From a virus, in the IMG/VR virus record IMGVR_UViG_3300038465_000158, positions 1 to 64,000 of that record: a stretch of DNA of 64,000 nucleotides; one strand, written 5' to 3'. The position numbers and the translations under genes are program-made. The notes beneath the pieces are model-generated. The model had not been told where the DNA came from and made no database searches. It worked only from the letters and a program-made list of their open reading frames with translations. How positions within the stretch are numbered: position 1 is the first letter of the stretch; every line of letters starts with the position of its first letter. Below are positions 46,830-56,914 of this stretch, piece by piece.

Positions 46830-49184
46830 ATGCCATTAGGAACCGACTATCTTGGAGATTCCTATCTCGGCAGCAGCGATCCAGATTCATTTCCTGCTCC
46901 TCCAATTCCAGACAGCGGTGCAATCGAAAATTCGACGTGGCATTCGATTTCTCAAGGGAATGAAGTAAGTTCCGCGGACATCGATCAGCATCTTGTTGTC
47001 CATGCTTCGAGTGCGTCTTATGCTGACGGTACTCTCGCTGGATTTGATGTTGGAGCGACAAACGCACTTCCAATGACATTCGGTGGGCCATACGGTTCAT
47101 CGGCATCTATGGGATGGATCGGTGTTGACGGCACGAACGTATTTGCTGTGGCTCAAGCTTTGACAGACGGCACAACTTCATTTGGCGGTGGAACTCGTCT
47201 TCGTCTTCCAATTTCGTATTCGCAACTCACGCAGAACAGTAATGTTGATATGCAACAATATTCGTCAGCATGTGATCTTGTTGTCTCATTCCAGGGTTAT
47301 GAACCTCTTTTTGGTACTTCTACATATGCGCCAGACGGCAATGACTCTTTTTCAATTTTGATCCCGAAAGAGTTCATCAATTCGTTGCAATCTAGTGCGT
47401 GGCCAGACGCAAATGAATTCATGCCGAGTGACTTCTATACTCTTCCAACGTCGTTCGTTCCTGTGACAACTCTCACTACTGCTACGACGACTGATGTCAC
47501 ACTTTCTTCTAGTTTTGTAGACCAACTAATTGGTGTGATGGACAACACTAGTTTTCCAGTAAGTGGTGGAACTATCGTTCTCACATCGGGAATTTCTATC
47601 GCTACATTGTCGTATACTGGAGTTGATTTGAGCAACAACTTGCTTGGATGCAGTGTTGAGTTTGGTGATATCGCTGACCCGTCTGGAACACTGTATTCTG
47701 CCGGTGCGACCGTGGCAATCTCTGCATCGCTCCAAACTCAATACATCAGCGCTGGTATTTATGTTGTCGCGCAGAACACTCTTACATCAGACACAACAAC
47801 GGCGATAAATGCGGCTTCAGTGAATGGTGCCGCAACAAGTCTTAACACGACGTATTACGCGACGTACTTGGCTGGAAGCATCGGTCCTTGGACGACTGGA
47901 GATTCACTTCCTGAATATAACTGTGCTCTTGTCTACGCTCCAGCCAGTGAAACTCTCTACGCAATAGGACCGTCTGGCACATTGTATTCCGCATCGCTTC
48001 CGCAAGACGGAACAGTCATGGGCACTTGGGGGATTGTCCAACCGACTGTGCCGACTGATGTGACGTTCAATTTTCCAGCATACAATCTACTACCGCAAGA
48101 TGCGCTACCGTCGCTTGCTGTTTGCACACTTGACTCAATTGACTATGTTTTCATCATTGGTGGAATTTCAAACGGTGTTCAGCAATTCACTTGCTATTAC
48201 ACATACATCGCGACAACAACAGGAGCACTTGTCGATTTCGTCCAGACAGCACCGATTCCATTTGCTACGAGCCAAGGTACCGCAAACACATCGGCAGGGA
48301 TGTACAGTTTCTGCCAGAATAGTTGCATCTATGCTCGAGACACGACAAATCTTACGTACTTGACGCTTTATAGCATTCCAGTGTGGATTGATAGCGCTGG
48401 CGATATCAATACTGGTAACTGGACATGTGTAATTTCGCAATATCACAATCCAGTTTTCTCTTCTGTCGGCAACCAATTGATTCTCGGTGTTGGCTACAAC
48501 AATGTCGTGACGAATACGTCAGTTATTGGACTTACACCGGATGGATTCGGTATCAGTGACAACATCAATTCACTTCCTACGTTCTACAGTGGTATTCTTG
48601 CGTATGATGCTCTAGTGAACGCAGCAGTATTTGAAAATGATGACGGCACGTGCTCAGTTCTCTCAAGTTATGGATTTGCAGCATGGCTCTATCCGACAAC
48701 GTGGCTCGACATTCCTATGCCACCGATTGCGTCAAATACGTTTCTCGTCATCACAGCAGCGGGAACTCCACGAACGAATTTCGGTGTGAACATTGGTCTT
48801 CAAAACATCAATATGTACACGCCAGACACCGATTTAGCGCCGATTCTCAACTACCAATTTCCACCGATGGTTGTTAAAACTCCGAACGGATGGTCAAACA
48901 TATTTAAGAGTGGCGACGCAATGCTAGACTTCACATATTATGCATCGTCTCACATTGCATATCCGAGTTTCATCGGTCTATTTGAAGATGGCACCGATAC
49001 TCAGTGGACAATTGCGAAGTACAGTTCACCGAATGACTTGCTTCTTTACGTTGCTGATGTCACGTATGATCCACTCGGAATCAACAATACAGTTTCTGTC
49101 GCTGCGCTGGAATACGACGGTTTGAGCGGATTCAATAATCAACCACAAGCAATTGTCTCATCGATACAAGAGTTGGCATCATGA
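46830..49184 (+). CDS. Minor tail / receptor-binding protein (possible beta-propeller)
   Basis: 784 aa beta-rich; N-terminal MPLG.xYLG..YLG shared with 60670. Confidence 0.6.
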   Translation: MPLGTDYLGDSYLGSSDPDSFPAPPIPDSGAIENSTWHSISQGNEVSSADIDQHLVVHASSASYADGTLAGFDVGATNALPMTFGGPYGSSASMGWIGVDGTNVFAVAQALTDGTTSFGGGTRLRLPISYSQLTQNSNVDMQQYSSACDLVVSFQGYEPLFGTSTYAPDGNDSFSILIPKEFINSLQSSAWPDANEFMPSDFYTLPTSFVPVTTLTTATTTDVTLSSSFVDQLIGVMDNTSFPVSGGTIVLTSGISIATLSYTGVDLSNNLLGCSVEFGDIADPSGTLYSAGATVAISASLQTQYISAGIYVVAQNTLTSDTTTAINAASVNGAATSLNTTYYATYLAGSIGPWTTGDSLPEYNCALVYAPASETLYAIGPSGTLYSASLPQDGTVMGTWGIVQPTVPTDVTFNFPAYNLLPQDALPSLAVCTLDSIDYVFIIGGISNGVQQFTCYYTYIATTTGALVDFVQTAPIPFATSQGTANTSAGMYSFCQNSCIYARDTTNLTYLTLYSIPVWIDSAGDINTGNWTCVISQYHNPVFSSVGNQLILGVGYNNVVTNTSVIGLTPDGFGISDNINSLPTFYSGILAYDALVNAAVFENDDGTCSVLSSYGFAAWLYPTTWLDIPMPPIASNTFLVITAAGTPRTNFGVNIGLQNINMYTPDTDLAPILNYQFPPMVVKTPNGWSNIFKSGDAMLDFTYYASSHIAYPSFIGLFEDGTDTQWTIAKYSSPNDLLLYVADVTYDPLGINNTVSVAALEYDGLSGFNNQPQAIVSSIQELAS

Positions 49185-49681
49185 ATTCAAAACTTCTCTA
49201 CTTAATTTCGCAGACGACTGTAGTAGGGAATCCGATTGGACGTATATCGCAGAATGTCACTAACCAACTCGTTACGACAGCATCCTCAACCGTGCCAGTC
49301 ATTTGGGACACATTTGATTTCGCAATCAACAACATGGTCTCCGGACCGGCAGGTTTCACTGTGCCGTTGCAAGGGTACTACTTAGTGAATGCGACTATGA
49401 CGTTTGGAAGTGCTAGTACTGGGTACACCGACCCACTTGCAAACACAATGGGAATTATTAGTGTCTTAGTCGACGGTATTTTGACAAGTCGCGGCAGTGA
49501 AATGTACTACGTTGACACAACAAGTGCCGGCCCGTATGCTAGTGTGGTATCTGACGTTCTCTACATTGATCAAGGTGGAACTGTCAGTGCAGAGGCATTC
49601 GGTAGCATTCCATCTGGTTCACTTTATTCATATGCAAATGATCATGAGACGTTCTTCTCTTTGGCGTACATATGTGCTTAG
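49181..49681 (+). CDS. C1q/TNF-like beta-sandwich tail protein (paralog 1)
   Basis: V.WD...F.VP..GYY.V...+VSD+LY+..G.TV. Confidence 0.6.
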   Translation: MNSKLLYLISQTTVVGNPIGRISQNVTNQLVTTASSTVPVIWDTFDFAINNMVSGPAGFTVPLQGYYLVNATMTFGSASTGYTDPLANTMGIISVLVDGILTSRGSEMYYVDTTSAGPYASVVSDVLYIDQGGTVSAEAFGSIPSGSLYSYANDHETFFSLAYICA

Positions 49682-49693
49682 AATGGATTTCAA

Positions 49694-51919
49694 ATGGACG
49701 CTGAACTCGAATATTTTCTTGCAATAGCGAATCGAAAGAGAATTCCAGTTGCTCGTATCGGAATCAGTGGCGAGTTTCTTGTCACTGAAAGCCAAACTAA
49801 TATTGGAATAGCAAACATAGATGCAGCTCTCGGCTCTTCAACAGCGCTCGTGACAACAGTTGCTCCGCATGGAATCGCAGTTGGTGAGATTATGACTATT
49901 GAGAACAATCTCACTGAGTCTGCAATCACGACGATCACTGGTGATGGAACGACGGCAACAGTTGCATGCGCTCAACCGCATGCTCTTGTCGACCAAGGAA
50001 CTGTTGTCATCGCGAACAACACTGCAGTATTCACTGATGCTGACGCAACTGGCGACGGTTCAACTGCGACAATTGTCACAACTGAACCGCATGGATTCGC
50101 GGATAGTGCGAGTATCGACATCGGATACACTGTTGCTGGTGTGCCTTCTTCCATCACTGTTGGTATCTCGTCTGTCACTGCTGACGGCACAACTGCGACC
50201 GTTGTGACGACTTCTCCGCATACGTTCATCGATGGTCAAAATGTAACTATCAGTGTTCCGGCTGGTGACGGTTCGATTGCTCAAATTTACTCGAATTCGC
50301 CGACGAGCGGAAACTCTGAAGTGTACTCTCCGAACTTGCCGAACATCGGAGATTCAGTCACGATTACTGGCAATGGATTCGATGCAAGTCTTCTTTCGCC
50401 GACGTTGCATGCCGCAATAGTTACTGGTAACGGAACAACCGCGACAGCTATTACTTCATACGGAACGCTTCCTCCAGAGTTTACTTCTGGAACAAACATT
50501 GAACTCACTGGACTTCGCGCGCACGGCACGATGGTTCAAATTGCTTCGTCTGGGACAACAGTTTCAGTTCTTACATTTACAGCGCATAGTCTTGCTGTCG
50601 GCAGCAGCGTCACACTTCATGGAATCACTGGCCCAACATCGCAGACACGATTCAACGGCACGTGGACTGTTGCTTCAGTTCCGAATCCTGGCGAATTTAC
50701 GTTCACTGCGCCATTCAGTTCATCAATCACGTTCAATCCTTCGCCAGCGACATGGAACGGGGTTTCTGGTTTTAATGGTTCGTGGGTGATTTCTAGCATT
50801 GGGTCAATCACTGTTAGTTCACACGTCTATAAAACAGTTTCATTCGCAAATAGCGTCAATGTGACTACAGCTGGAACGCCAACGTATGGGACTGGCGGTG
50901 TTATTACCGCAGTTTCTTCCTACAATACGTCATTTACCGTTAGTGCTCTCGGTGCCGGTTACTTTGTCATTCCGTACGCGTCAGGCGCTGGAGTATCGAT
51001 CTTTTATGGTGGCCAGTGGGAGACTGGGGCAGGTCTTGGAGGAGTTCAAGTCATCACTGCAATCGACGATAGTTTGACATTTGAATATGCCACTATCGTC
51101 ACGTCTTCGTCTACGAGCGGCTACGCAACAGGAACGTCAGGTTTTGACCAGACTGGTGTGACAATCACGTATCAAGATGCGAACACGTTCACGTACTCAT
51201 GTGCTTCAGATACTGCCGGTGTCGCTGTTGCTGGCTACAACGGCTCTGGTCTTTCTGGATTCAATGGCACTCAGATTCCAATTACTTACATTGACGGTCT
51301 AACTTTCTCGTTTCTTAGCGGAACGCAAGCAGTCATCACAGGCGGAAATCTCAATGGCACAAGTGGATTCAATGCATCACCAGTAACTGTGTTGACGGTG
51401 CCATCATCGACGACCTTCACGTACAAGAATCAACTTGCTGGAGTCGGAGGAACAGCACTTCCGTACGTCTATGGACTTACTTCTGCATCTGGTACCATCA
51501 TCACATTTGACTTGTCGTACGCTGGAGTGACTAAAACGCAATTGTACTGGGACCAACCTGCAGTTTTTTCAACAAACGGCATGGTGGCAAGTTCTAGCGG
51601 AATCACTGTCCCAATTGCTGGGTACTACAGAATCATCTGTCGTGTTGAACTAAGTGGCGCCGTAAATACGGCATACGCATTCGCAGACATCCTTGTAGAT
51701 GGCGTTCTTACTGCAAGAAGTACGTGCATCAACATGCAAAACCCACCGTCTGAATATTGGAGTGTTCTTGTCTCTGACCTCGTGTACTTAACAGCAAATC
51801 AGACCATTAGCATCTTGGTTACCGCGTTCGCGCCATTGAATAGCGGTCAAATTTATGCATTCGGCTCGGGGTACAGTTTTACGTATTTGGCCGCAATTTA
51901 CATGAGCGCAGGAGCGTAG
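49694..51919 (+). CDS. Tail fibre with FCCH-like repeats inserted in a C1q-like domain (paralog 2)
   Basis: Repeated TA.V.T..PH.L..G..V.I and GFNG...T...F; C-terminal VP.AGYY. Confidence 0.65.
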   Translation: MDAELEYFLAIANRKRIPVARIGISGEFLVTESQTNIGIANIDAALGSSTALVTTVAPHGIAVGEIMTIENNLTESAITTITGDGTTATVACAQPHALVDQGTVVIANNTAVFTDADATGDGSTATIVTTEPHGFADSASIDIGYTVAGVPSSITVGISSVTADGTTATVVTTSPHTFIDGQNVTISVPAGDGSIAQIYSNSPTSGNSEVYSPNLPNIGDSVTITGNGFDASLLSPTLHAAIVTGNGTTATAITSYGTLPPEFTSGTNIELTGLRAHGTMVQIASSGTTVSVLTFTAHSLAVGSSVTLHGITGPTSQTRFNGTWTVASVPNPGEFTFTAPFSSSITFNPSPATWNGVSGFNGSWVISSIGSITVSSHVYKTVSFANSVNVTTAGTPTYGTGGVITAVSSYNTSFTVSALGAGYFVIPYASGAGVSIFYGGQWETGAGLGGVQVITAIDDSLTFEYATIVTSSSTSGYATGTSGFDQTGVTITYQDANTFTYSCASDTAGVAVAGYNGSGLSGFNGTQIPITYIDGLTFSFLSGTQAVITGGNLNGTSGFNASPVTVLTVPSSTTFTYKNQLAGVGGTALPYVYGLTSASGTIITFDLSYAGVTKTQLYWDQPAVFSTNGMVASSSGITVPIAGYYRIICRVELSGAVNTAYAFADILVDGVLTARSTCINMQNPPSEYWSVLVSDLVYLTANQTISILVTAFAPLNSGQIYAFGSGYSFTYLAAIYMSAGA

Positions 51920-52419
51920 TGGATAGCGAACTTCTCTATCTTTTTTCTAAAGTACCGAAGGGACCGCAAACTCTTGCACACCTTTCATGCACGACAGGTT
52001 CGACTCTAGCAAATACTTTCGTTCCATGGGACAATTTCCAAACGCAAAATGTTATCAGCGTAGGATCATATGGAGTAGCAGTAGAAGCTAGTGGCTACTA
52101 TGAAATTAGTAGCATCGTAACATTCAGCGAATCGTTAACTGCCCCGTATGTAAGTCCAACACCACCGACAAATGTACGCCTTTCAATCGCTGTCAATAGC
52201 ACCGTCGTCTCATCTGGACTTGCTGTGACAGCGACTGAAGCGCAATACACTTTAGCTGCAATTGTGACAGACATCATCTATTTGAACTCTGGTGACATCG
52301 TCACGATCAAAGCTGCATATGCAAGCCCTGGCAATGTCTATATCTGGGGAATTCAAGATCCAACAGCAATCACAGGTCTTTTCATGACTTATATGTCAGT
52401 TGTCTATCTAGGAACGTAA
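51919..52419 (+). CDS. C1q-like tail protein (paralog 3)
   Basis: MDSELLYL N-terminus; V.ASGYY; TDIIYL.SGD. Confidence 0.6.
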   Translation: MDSELLYLFSKVPKGPQTLAHLSCTTGSTLANTFVPWDNFQTQNVISVGSYGVAVEASGYYEISSIVTFSESLTAPYVSPTPPTNVRLSIAVNSTVVSSGLAVTATEAQYTLAAIVTDIIYLNSGDIVTIKAAYASPGNVYIWGIQDPTAITGLFMTYMSVVYLGT

Positions 52420-52907
52420 TGACCACGACATCACTCAGCAAGATTCCGAAGACCGAGCAACGCGGCTTGTTCGCTTCATCTAGCGGAAACGATGACGAGG
52501 TTGTCTGGCAACCTGCAGGAATTGGCGTTGGCGGATTCACTTTGGCTCTTCCTTTGCTGTGGGCAGACACAGGAGATCCGCCACGATACTTACTCTCGTT
52601 GTTTGGACCAGCGCCAGTTTCCGTGCCAGTCGGGCCAGGAACTCATGTCCAACTCAGTGAAGTTGTTGCTTGGTCGAAAGATGGCGGAACGCCAGAGTAC
52701 ACGATTAACATCACCCAGAATGGCATCGCAGTGCCCGGTCTTACAAGTATCATTGTTGCGTCTTACAACTCACCAGTTTTCGTACCAATTACACCTGTCA
52801 ATGTCGACAATAATGATGAATTCAATATTGAAATGCTGTACAACAGCAGCGGTGGTTCTCATCATTCGATTATCGTCACTCTCTATCTGACAGTGAGTAC
52901 GGCATGA
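52419..52907 (+). CDS. Tail beta-sandwich protein, triplet copy 1
   Basis: SKIPKT.QRG...GNDDEV.W; NITQNG.A; NNDEFNIE. Confidence 0.7.
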   Translation: MTTTSLSKIPKTEQRGLFASSSGNDDEVVWQPAGIGVGGFTLALPLLWADTGDPPRYLLSLFGPAPVSVPVGPGTHVQLSEVVAWSKDGGTPEYTINITQNGIAVPGLTSIIVASYNSPVFVPITPVNVDNNDEFNIEMLYNSSGGSHHSIIVTLYLTVSTA

Positions 52908-53410
52908 GCGAAAGCAAAATCCCGAAAACTGGCCAACGTGGCTATCTTGCGATGACGACTGGAAATGATGATGAAGTTGCGTGGGTGCCAGCAAGTCTTC
53001 CTAGCAGCGGATTCATAACCCCACTTCCTGTCATATGGGCTGAACTGGATAGTAGCGTCGGAACTGGTGGCCCAGTTTCAGCCTTTGGATACACACCAAG
53101 TTTCATGCCCGTTGGCGCGCAAACTACAGCGCAACTAGTCGAAGCAGTTTGTTGGGCAAAAGATACAGCCACTGACTACTACAATTCGTATGAACTTAAC
53201 ATCACGCAGAATGGTACTGCGATTCCAGCACTGACTAATCTTTGGGTTAGTTACAGCACATCACCAGTTATTACTATTCTTTCGCCGCCAGTAGATGTAG
53301 CAAATAATGATGAATTCAATATTGAAGTGACTCGTAACTGGTTCGGTGGAGGATCGCCGTACACTCCAATTATAGCAACTCTGTACATCAAACTATCGGC
53401 AGTGACATGA
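52904..53410 (+). CDS. Tail beta-sandwich protein, triplet copy 2
   Basis: Same motifs. Confidence 0.7.
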   Translation: MSESKIPKTGQRGYLAMTTGNDDEVAWVPASLPSSGFITPLPVIWAELDSSVGTGGPVSAFGYTPSFMPVGAQTTAQLVEAVCWAKDTATDYYNSYELNITQNGTAIPALTNLWVSYSTSPVITILSPPVDVANNDEFNIEVTRNWFGGGSPYTPIIATLYIKLSAVT

Positions 53411-53919
53411 GCAGAAGCAATATCCCAAAAACTACTCAACGTGGTCTTTTTGTGATGTCCACTGGCAATGACAATGAGGTTGCGCTTGTCCCTGGCAGTC
53501 CAGTTGCTGGCGGAGCGACAATAGCAGTGCCAATTACGTGGGTGCATCCACCAAAATTCGGTGCAGGTCCGTATTCGAACTTTGGACCAACACCAATTTT
53601 CATGCCAGTTGACCCAACAACGAATGTGCAACTTATTGGCGGAATGTTTTGGGCATTAGAGACACTTAGCAGCGGCATTGGAATTCTTGGAACTGAATAC
53701 AATCTCAACATTGATAAAAATGGTAGCGCAATAGCAGGTATGACAAATATTTACGTCACGTATTCAACATCTCCAGTTTTTGCATCAATCGCTCCAATTG
53801 ATACTGCAAATGATGATCAATTTGATATTGAACTAATTGACATGAATGCGCCTGGCACCAACCTGTACGGTGCAACAGTTTCTTGCACTCTTTTCTTCGC
53901 TGTGACAGCATTGACGTAA
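53407..53919 (+). CDS. Tail beta-sandwich protein, triplet copy 3
   Basis: Same motifs. Confidence 0.7.
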   Translation: MSRSNIPKTTQRGLFVMSTGNDNEVALVPGSPVAGGATIAVPITWVHPPKFGAGPYSNFGPTPIFMPVDPTTNVQLIGGMFWALETLSSGIGILGTEYNLNIDKNGSAIAGMTNIYVTYSTSPVFASIAPIDTANDDQFDIELIDMNAPGTNLYGATVSCTLFFAVTALT

Positions 53920-54668
53920 TGGAAATTATCGACACCTTTCATTTCAACAATGAAATTGAACTTCTGGATTTGAGAGTTCACATTCTAGAAGACATCGTCG
54001 ATAAATTCATTGTCAAAGAGGCAGATGAAACGTTCACGAGAAACCCTAAGAAGTGTTTGGCGGCTCTTTACGATCATCCAAAGGTATTCACACATAAAGT
54101 CGAATTACCGGATGGCACACCGTGGGAGAGAGACACGTATCAGAAAACAGCAAAAGTCAATCTCGATGAGTTCGGCATTTCGTCTGACGCTCTCATCATG
54201 ATGAGCGATGTCGATGAGATGCCGAGTGTCGAAGCAATTCATCGAATGACAACGGAACTTAAATATGGAATGCTCTGCAGATTTATGCAGCGACCATTTC
54301 AACGGTTTCTCAATGTCGAACAAATTGGGCAACCGTGGAGTGGCACACGAGTTTGTCTCGCTTCCACATATCATTTGCTCAATGACGGTAATTTCTCGCA
54401 TCATATGCCGGCGTATTCAATCGGTAAGGGCGGTTGGCATTGGTCATTTCTCGGCGATACTGAAATGATTATTGACAAGATCAAGTCATATGGCCACACT
54501 CAATTCAATACACCAGAGACAATTCGACTTATCGACGAACGAGTAGCGAACAGTCAAGATGTTCTCGGTCGCACATTCCGATTTCGTACAGTTGACATTG
54601 ATGAAACCTACCCAGTGTATATACGTGAAAACCAGGATAAATTGCGCCACTTGATCAAGTTAAAATGA
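53919..54668 (+). CDS. Glycosyltransferase, GT17-like
   Basis: ID.F.FNNE.ELL.LR..L...VD.F.+.EA..TF, SDVDE, GGWH.S.+G....I..KI.SY.H. Confidence 0.85.
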   Translation: MEIIDTFHFNNEIELLDLRVHILEDIVDKFIVKEADETFTRNPKKCLAALYDHPKVFTHKVELPDGTPWERDTYQKTAKVNLDEFGISSDALIMMSDVDEMPSVEAIHRMTTELKYGMLCRFMQRPFQRFLNVEQIGQPWSGTRVCLASTYHLLNDGNFSHHMPAYSIGKGGWHWSFLGDTEMIIDKIKSYGHTQFNTPETIRLIDERVANSQDVLGRTFRFRTVDIDETYPVYIRENQDKLRHLIKLK

Positions 54669-54689
54669 TTCCATGACCTGAGGAGGTTT

Positions 54690-56096
54690 ATAGCGACATT
54701 CGATCGGAAGACGGCAGGTGTAGGTGCATTAAATTGGGCAAAACTTCAGAACGGCAAACCGTACATCTGGGGAGGCACCGGACCAGAAGGTTTTGATTGC
54801 TCTGGTCTTACGGAAGAGGCATATCTTCATGTAAATGTCCAACTTCCTCGCACCACGTACGAACAATGCAAATTGTACGTTCTTCCGAAGGACGCAAAGC
54901 TCGAACCTGGAGATTTGCTCTTCATTGCGGGCTCTGACGGCACGGTGGCTGAACCTGGCCATGTAATGATTTTCATCGAAGACGGTTGGGTCTTCCAAGC
55001 GCCGTTTACCGGCGAAGATGTTGGTAAGTACGCGTACGACACGACTCAGTACGACGTCGCAACACGACCAGCTCTTGCGCTGCCTCTACCAGTTGTTCCA
55101 CCAACGGTTGAGCAATTGGCCGCGGCAAAAATGGTGCTTCTTCCAAATCAAGCTGCCGCATTTCTCGCACGGCGAAATGGATGGACTGTTCGCTACTGGA
55201 TTCATCAACAGTTCCTTGCGGCGCCTCCAGGATTTCCAACTACTGGTCTGGCGGAATATGCGAACATTCACTATGAGAGTCCTCGTCCGGCACGGCAAGC
55301 TGGGAAGCGCGGAGTTCGCATCAATGAACTTCATCTTCCGGACCTCGAACTTCACAAATTCAAATCGACTGCACCACTCCCGCCATTACCAACAAGCGGC
55401 GATGTCCGTTGCAGTCTCGAAAACATCGGGATGCTCGGCAATGATGAGTTTGGCGACTGTGGTCCAGCCGCTACCGAGCACATTCGCATGATGCAAGCAG
55501 CAATTTCGACTATTAACGGTCAAACGACGTGGGTTCCTGGGTTCCGAATTCCTCACACCGCGTACACTGAAGGCCTCTATTTTGCGTACGGTCGAGCGAT
55601 GGGAGAAGGCGGTCTTCATCCCGACCAGGGAGTTGCAAATGCAACTTGGTTGCTTTGGCTGTACCAGCACAAAATCATCGAAGGATTTGCTGAAGTCAAC
55701 GTCAATGCATCGTCTGGTCTCATCAATGGCGACAATGCTGCTGCTCGAGCTCATCGTGCGATGATTGAGTTCCAAGGATGTCTCGTTGCCGTCAGTCTCA
55801 CCGATGACGCTGAACAACTGTTCCAGGAAGGTCTTCCTTGGACGACGGCAAACGGCGAAACTCCAGATCCGCAAGAAGGTCATGACATTGCTCTCGGTGC
55901 GTACAGTCCGACAGGAGATACGTTCGGGACTTGGGGCGCATGGGAAGAGTCAACTATTGACTGGGACAACGAATGCATCGGCGAATGCTGGGTCATCGTC
56001 ACCAAGGAACTTGCTGAGCGAAGTGGTTACAATTTCGCTGCTATGACTGCTGTGCTGGATACTCTCGTGGACGCGCATCTTCCGGCTGCGGCGTAA
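54690..56096 (+). CDS. Endolysin: NlpC/P60 domain plus papain-like C-terminal domain (proposed ATA start)
   Basis: GKPYIWGG.GP.GFDCSGL...LPRTT..Q...PGDL.F...GHV; MLGND..GDC...GH.I...Y...TWG. Confidence 0.88.
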   Translation: MATFDRKTAGVGALNWAKLQNGKPYIWGGTGPEGFDCSGLTEEAYLHVNVQLPRTTYEQCKLYVLPKDAKLEPGDLLFIAGSDGTVAEPGHVMIFIEDGWVFQAPFTGEDVGKYAYDTTQYDVATRPALALPLPVVPPTVEQLAAAKMVLLPNQAAAFLARRNGWTVRYWIHQQFLAAPPGFPTTGLAEYANIHYESPRPARQAGKRGVRINELHLPDLELHKFKSTAPLPPLPTSGDVRCSLENIGMLGNDEFGDCGPAATEHIRMMQAAISTINGQTTWVPGFRIPHTAYTEGLYFAYGRAMGEGGLHPDQGVANATWLLWLYQHKIIEGFAEVNVNASSGLINGDNAAARAHRAMIEFQGCLVAVSLTDDAEQLFQEGLPWTTANGETPDPQEGHDIALGAYSPTGDTFGTWGAWEESTIDWDNECIGECWVIVTKELAERSGYNFAAMTAVLDTLVDAHLPAAA

Positions 56097-56105
56097 GGCG
56101 CATCC

Positions 56106-56420
56106 ATGCTCTCAGTTGTCGGACATAATCCTTTCACCAATTGGATTACGTATCTTTCAGCCGTCGTCGGTCTCCTTCTCGGCGTCGGTACACTTTACAT
56201 TCGTGTCATTTACCCAAGAGCTCTAGCGCACAAAGAGCACGAGGCTGAACGTGAAGGCATGCGGAAAGAACTTGATGCGAAGGACGAATTTCATAACGGA
56301 TTTCTAGATGGTGTAGACGAAGTGCCGGGTATGACACTTGCTGTGCCGCCTGCCGCAGTACGAATCAAAGCGCTTGAAGACATGATGCAAACCCTACTCA
56401 AACCCGGACAGGAGATTTAG
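56106..56420 (+). CDS. Lysis-cassette membrane protein
   Basis: One TM helix; FLDG...PG...PPA..R+..LE. Confidence 0.65.
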   Translation: MLSVVGHNPFTNWITYLSAVVGLLLGVGTLYIRVIYPRALAHKEHEAEREGMRKELDAKDEFHNGFLDGVDEVPGMTLAVPPAAVRIKALEDMMQTLLKPGQEI

Positions 56421-56914
56421 TGCTTTTGCATTTAGCGCTTCAAAACAGCAAGATACCAGTTTTCAACTCGGTCCATTTCTGGCAAGGTGTAGTCGGAACA
56501 GTCGCTGTGTTAACTTTCATTGCAGCGTTCCTCGCCAAGCCAATTAAAAGGTGGTACGATAAGAGAAGTCTCGAACGGCAAAGACATGAACTGTTCCTAG
56601 ACGGCATGCCTGGTGTAGAAGGATTCACAAAGCCTATTCCACCGGCGTATGAGCGAATGGGGAATCTCGAAACTGGAATGACAAAAGCGAATTCAACACT
56701 CGAGAATCACGGTGAAATTCTCGAGACTATCGTCAACACACTCATTGGTGTCGCAAGAGCTATTGAAGATGTTGACAGCAAAGTCACGCCGAACGGTGGA
56801 GATACGAACAATCCTGGCGACGTGTTGCAGCGACTCGCAAAAGCAACTGGCGTCTGGGTTGAAGAAAAGAAGATCCCAATAACACGTATCAAAAATGAAA
56901 ACAAAAAATCGTGA
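56420..56914 (+). CDS. Lysis-cassette membrane protein (paralog of previous)
   Basis: One TM helix; same motif; V.PNGG. Confidence 0.65.
   Translation: MLLHLALQNSKIPVFNSVHFWQGVVGTVAVLTFIAAFLAKPIKRWYDKRSLERQRHELFLDGMPGVEGFTKPIPPAYERMGNLETGMTKANSTLENHGEILETIVNTLIGVARAIEDVDSKVTPNGGDTNNPGDVLQRLAKATGVWVEEKKIPITRIKNENKKS

Noticed and set aside
27527-56420. TAG stop-codon reassignment
   Set aside because: TAG ends intact genes, often as TAGTG overlaps with the next start; genes are not fragmented under code 11.
56410-56422. GGAGATTT as another near-cognate start
   Set aside because: Followed by a normal TAG/GTG overlap. Together with GGA-TTT-ATG at 17836 it shows the context is not exclusive to non-canonical starts.
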